Source of the DNA: a virus
Taxonomy: Duplodnaviria > Caudoviricetes
DNA length: 36,134 bases
Virus record (IMG/VR): IMGVR_UViG_3300002091_000059
Coordinates: 1-36,134 of that record
Reading direction: 5' to 3' (one strand)
Shown: piece after piece, positions 35,601 through 36,134 of the stretch
How the letters are laid out: every line of letters begins with the position of its first letter
Numbering within the stretch: position 1 is the stretch's first letter
The notes under the pieces: generated by a model
The model's input: only the letters and a program-made list of their open reading frames with translations
The model's database searches: none
What the model was told of the DNA's origin: nothing
Position numbers and translations under genes: made by a program

Positions 35601-35914
35601 ATAACGAGTTTATGGTCACAACATTAATGCAGATTGTTAATAAGCTTCTGTATGGTGATTTAAGTACCACAAAGTATACGAATCCATTCAATACGGACCA
35701 AATGATTTATGGTGTGCTTGAGATGTTAGCTCAGTTAACCAATCAAAACATTGATGCATTAATGAAAACTGTAACAGGTGGATTAATTGCCAATGGATTG
35801 CTTGCAAGACTCATGCAACAGTTTGGTACTTCGCGCAGTATATACGATACTAGAATGAGTCGTAACGATCCCGAGGCATGGGGTGGTACTGGTGGCGATG
35901 CAAAGTTACTTTAA
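32639..35914 (+). CDS. large virion protein with N-terminal M23 peptidoglycan peptidase and glycine-zipper region
   Basis: ITSPYGPR, HQGTD (HxxxD), GYGNY, GHL, SGNSGTSTGAHVH (HxH); followed by a long Gly/Ala hydrophobic stretch. Confidence 0.82.
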   Translation: MPSPFNTITSPYGPRSAPTAGASTFHQGTDIAMPVGTVLTNNTGQPLYLVYKGVEGGYGNYAEYSTTPDGTGKTYAFGHLSELPAGDVGTMANPGDGLALSGNSGTSTGAHVHVEVFQPGQDDASAPQSGDLAGIGANGVALGSGGTDPGTGNITVAGAGTAAPSSNSGGGSGGAGAGAAAAAGASVPAAGCLGASTSIASLLGGGALASAIGGVAANAVMAGGLALLSGGGLQGALGAVLGSAGGALGNALGASLGGAAGAIVGQTLGGALGSIAAGANPLQALSGAAFGALGQMGGSLIPALSGVMPAALASAAVGGLTGILGQVAAGVPKGAAAQFILAGGLGGAIGGAVGNMTGDFSYGAVSGAVASGLLNGSINLNGGSSSLYSRPNGTFNPAQFANNIAMVAATAANNRNMVGAISEAVSQGFGATQSAGYGARTRNMQDALTFSVSTLGQNLNAVSSDMLSLGKWDATNLMRLMQPGNIATQILMKGLGDYTGLNEALVAAGVPLAGLDNPLFDRVTQTVLNGITEPEVIYTVKAAFAMKTNFANLGELTNLSKMMPNSFQYLPVKSFRELGVQLAIIGVSASATIYDIGFAFSKIETATDLNNVAQMNQPLPPSIAQPLMEIYGYGGGTFGEQTMADFIGSAAGYVHNDTIPVIIDTTKYIENHPDAALLTTLIYLFKDTMDGKYTTLGTPGDTASGIPGEDGYITVPFPAGLGGSQTFTTLDAAVLAFIPLIEAQQQALLNSTDPLLQDNITKLSLAYEASCAQLVRENNNLLNHNINLFDAIPPSPSSCMMFTQMLDQWGLQTGYGQPGEYIERVATNDIFGDAMKYCMRQARNASALSGLGIDVEQYKIPRSQYYREPEGFYNNLYTGQMPPMSHNRRAPVYPRTPTDVYLNNRNTVLRNTGYGDLPLQANQMDEIYYDSIWMDTSSDVLEGIGRSVVKQAIDNSIYINNDDLLIVDLTGATTAIGKIANNGLLLTNNEFMVTTLMQIVNKLLYGDLSTTKYTNPFNTDQMIYGVLEMLAQLTNQNIDALMKTVTGGLIANGLLARLMQQFGTSRSIYDTRMSRNDPEAWGGTGGDAKLL

Positions 35915-35916
35915 AT

Positions 35917-35947
35917 TTGACATTCTTGGGCAAAAGTAGTATAAATA
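35917..35947 (+). promoter_or_regulatory. nested sigma70 and late promoter for tmRNA
   Basis: TTGACA (35917-35922)-N17-TATAAA; the -10 element is also TATAAATA (35940-35947). Confidence 0.75.
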
Positions 35948-35951
35948 TATT

Positions 35952-36134
35952 ACTGTTGTTGATAGCAATGGAATAAGGCGGCAAGACGGGAGTGCGAATC
36001 TCCCCGCCTCCACCATAGATACATTGGACAGACATATCCCCTGTCAAACGGGGAAGATTGGTGGTGATGACAGTGTATCTTTGATGGGGGCGAAATAGGT
36101 TTCGATTGGTGCTGTAAAGATTGAAGTAGATAGT
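35952..36134 (+). ncRNA. ssrA: circularly permuted (two-piece) tmRNA gene, truncated by window end
   Basis: Acceptor piece GAC-GGGAG-TGCGAAT-CTCCC-CGCCTCC-A-CCA ends at 36015 and precedes the coding-piece 5' end GGGGGCG-AAATAGGTTTCGA at 36086. The 7-bp acceptor stem has G3-U70. Confidence 0.9.

Noticed and set aside
35850-36047. 65-aa minus-strand ORF
   Set aside because: It is antisense to the tmRNA acceptor piece and its promoter.
1-36134. Stop-codon recoding
   Set aside because: Conserved genes are full length in the standard code, and TAA, TGA and TAG all occur as genuine gene ends.

Overview
This is a fragment of a large T4-superfamily-like (myovirus-type) phage genome, densely coded and mostly on the + strand. 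From left to right it contains: the 3' end of a tRNA-Ala followed by a Seg-like GIY-YIG homing endonuclease; an early island of small genes and an AAA ATPase, driven by four sigma70-type promoters and carrying a three-copy palindromic operator-like motif; a replication block (UvsW helicase, putative clamp-loader small subunit, Zn-finger protein, a 193-aa 'mini' DnaE/Pol III-alpha core, primase, DnaB-type helicase) interleaved with HNH, SGNH and radical-SAM genes; a late/head block preceded by TAAATA late-promoter motifs; a PD-(D/E)XK nuclease; a beta-propeller/beta-helix tail protein; class Ia nrdA-HNH-nrdB-glutaredoxin; Sm-like, PAAR and M23-peptidase baseplate genes; and finally a circularly permuted (two-piece) tmRNA gene, which suggests an alphaproteobacterial host. 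The most notable items are the mini-DnaE operon, the permuted tmRNA with possible ClpXP-directed early peptides, RBS-sequestering hairpins built around late promoters, leaderless replication genes and the repeated early operator. All protein calls come from motif recognition by eye; no database search was run.
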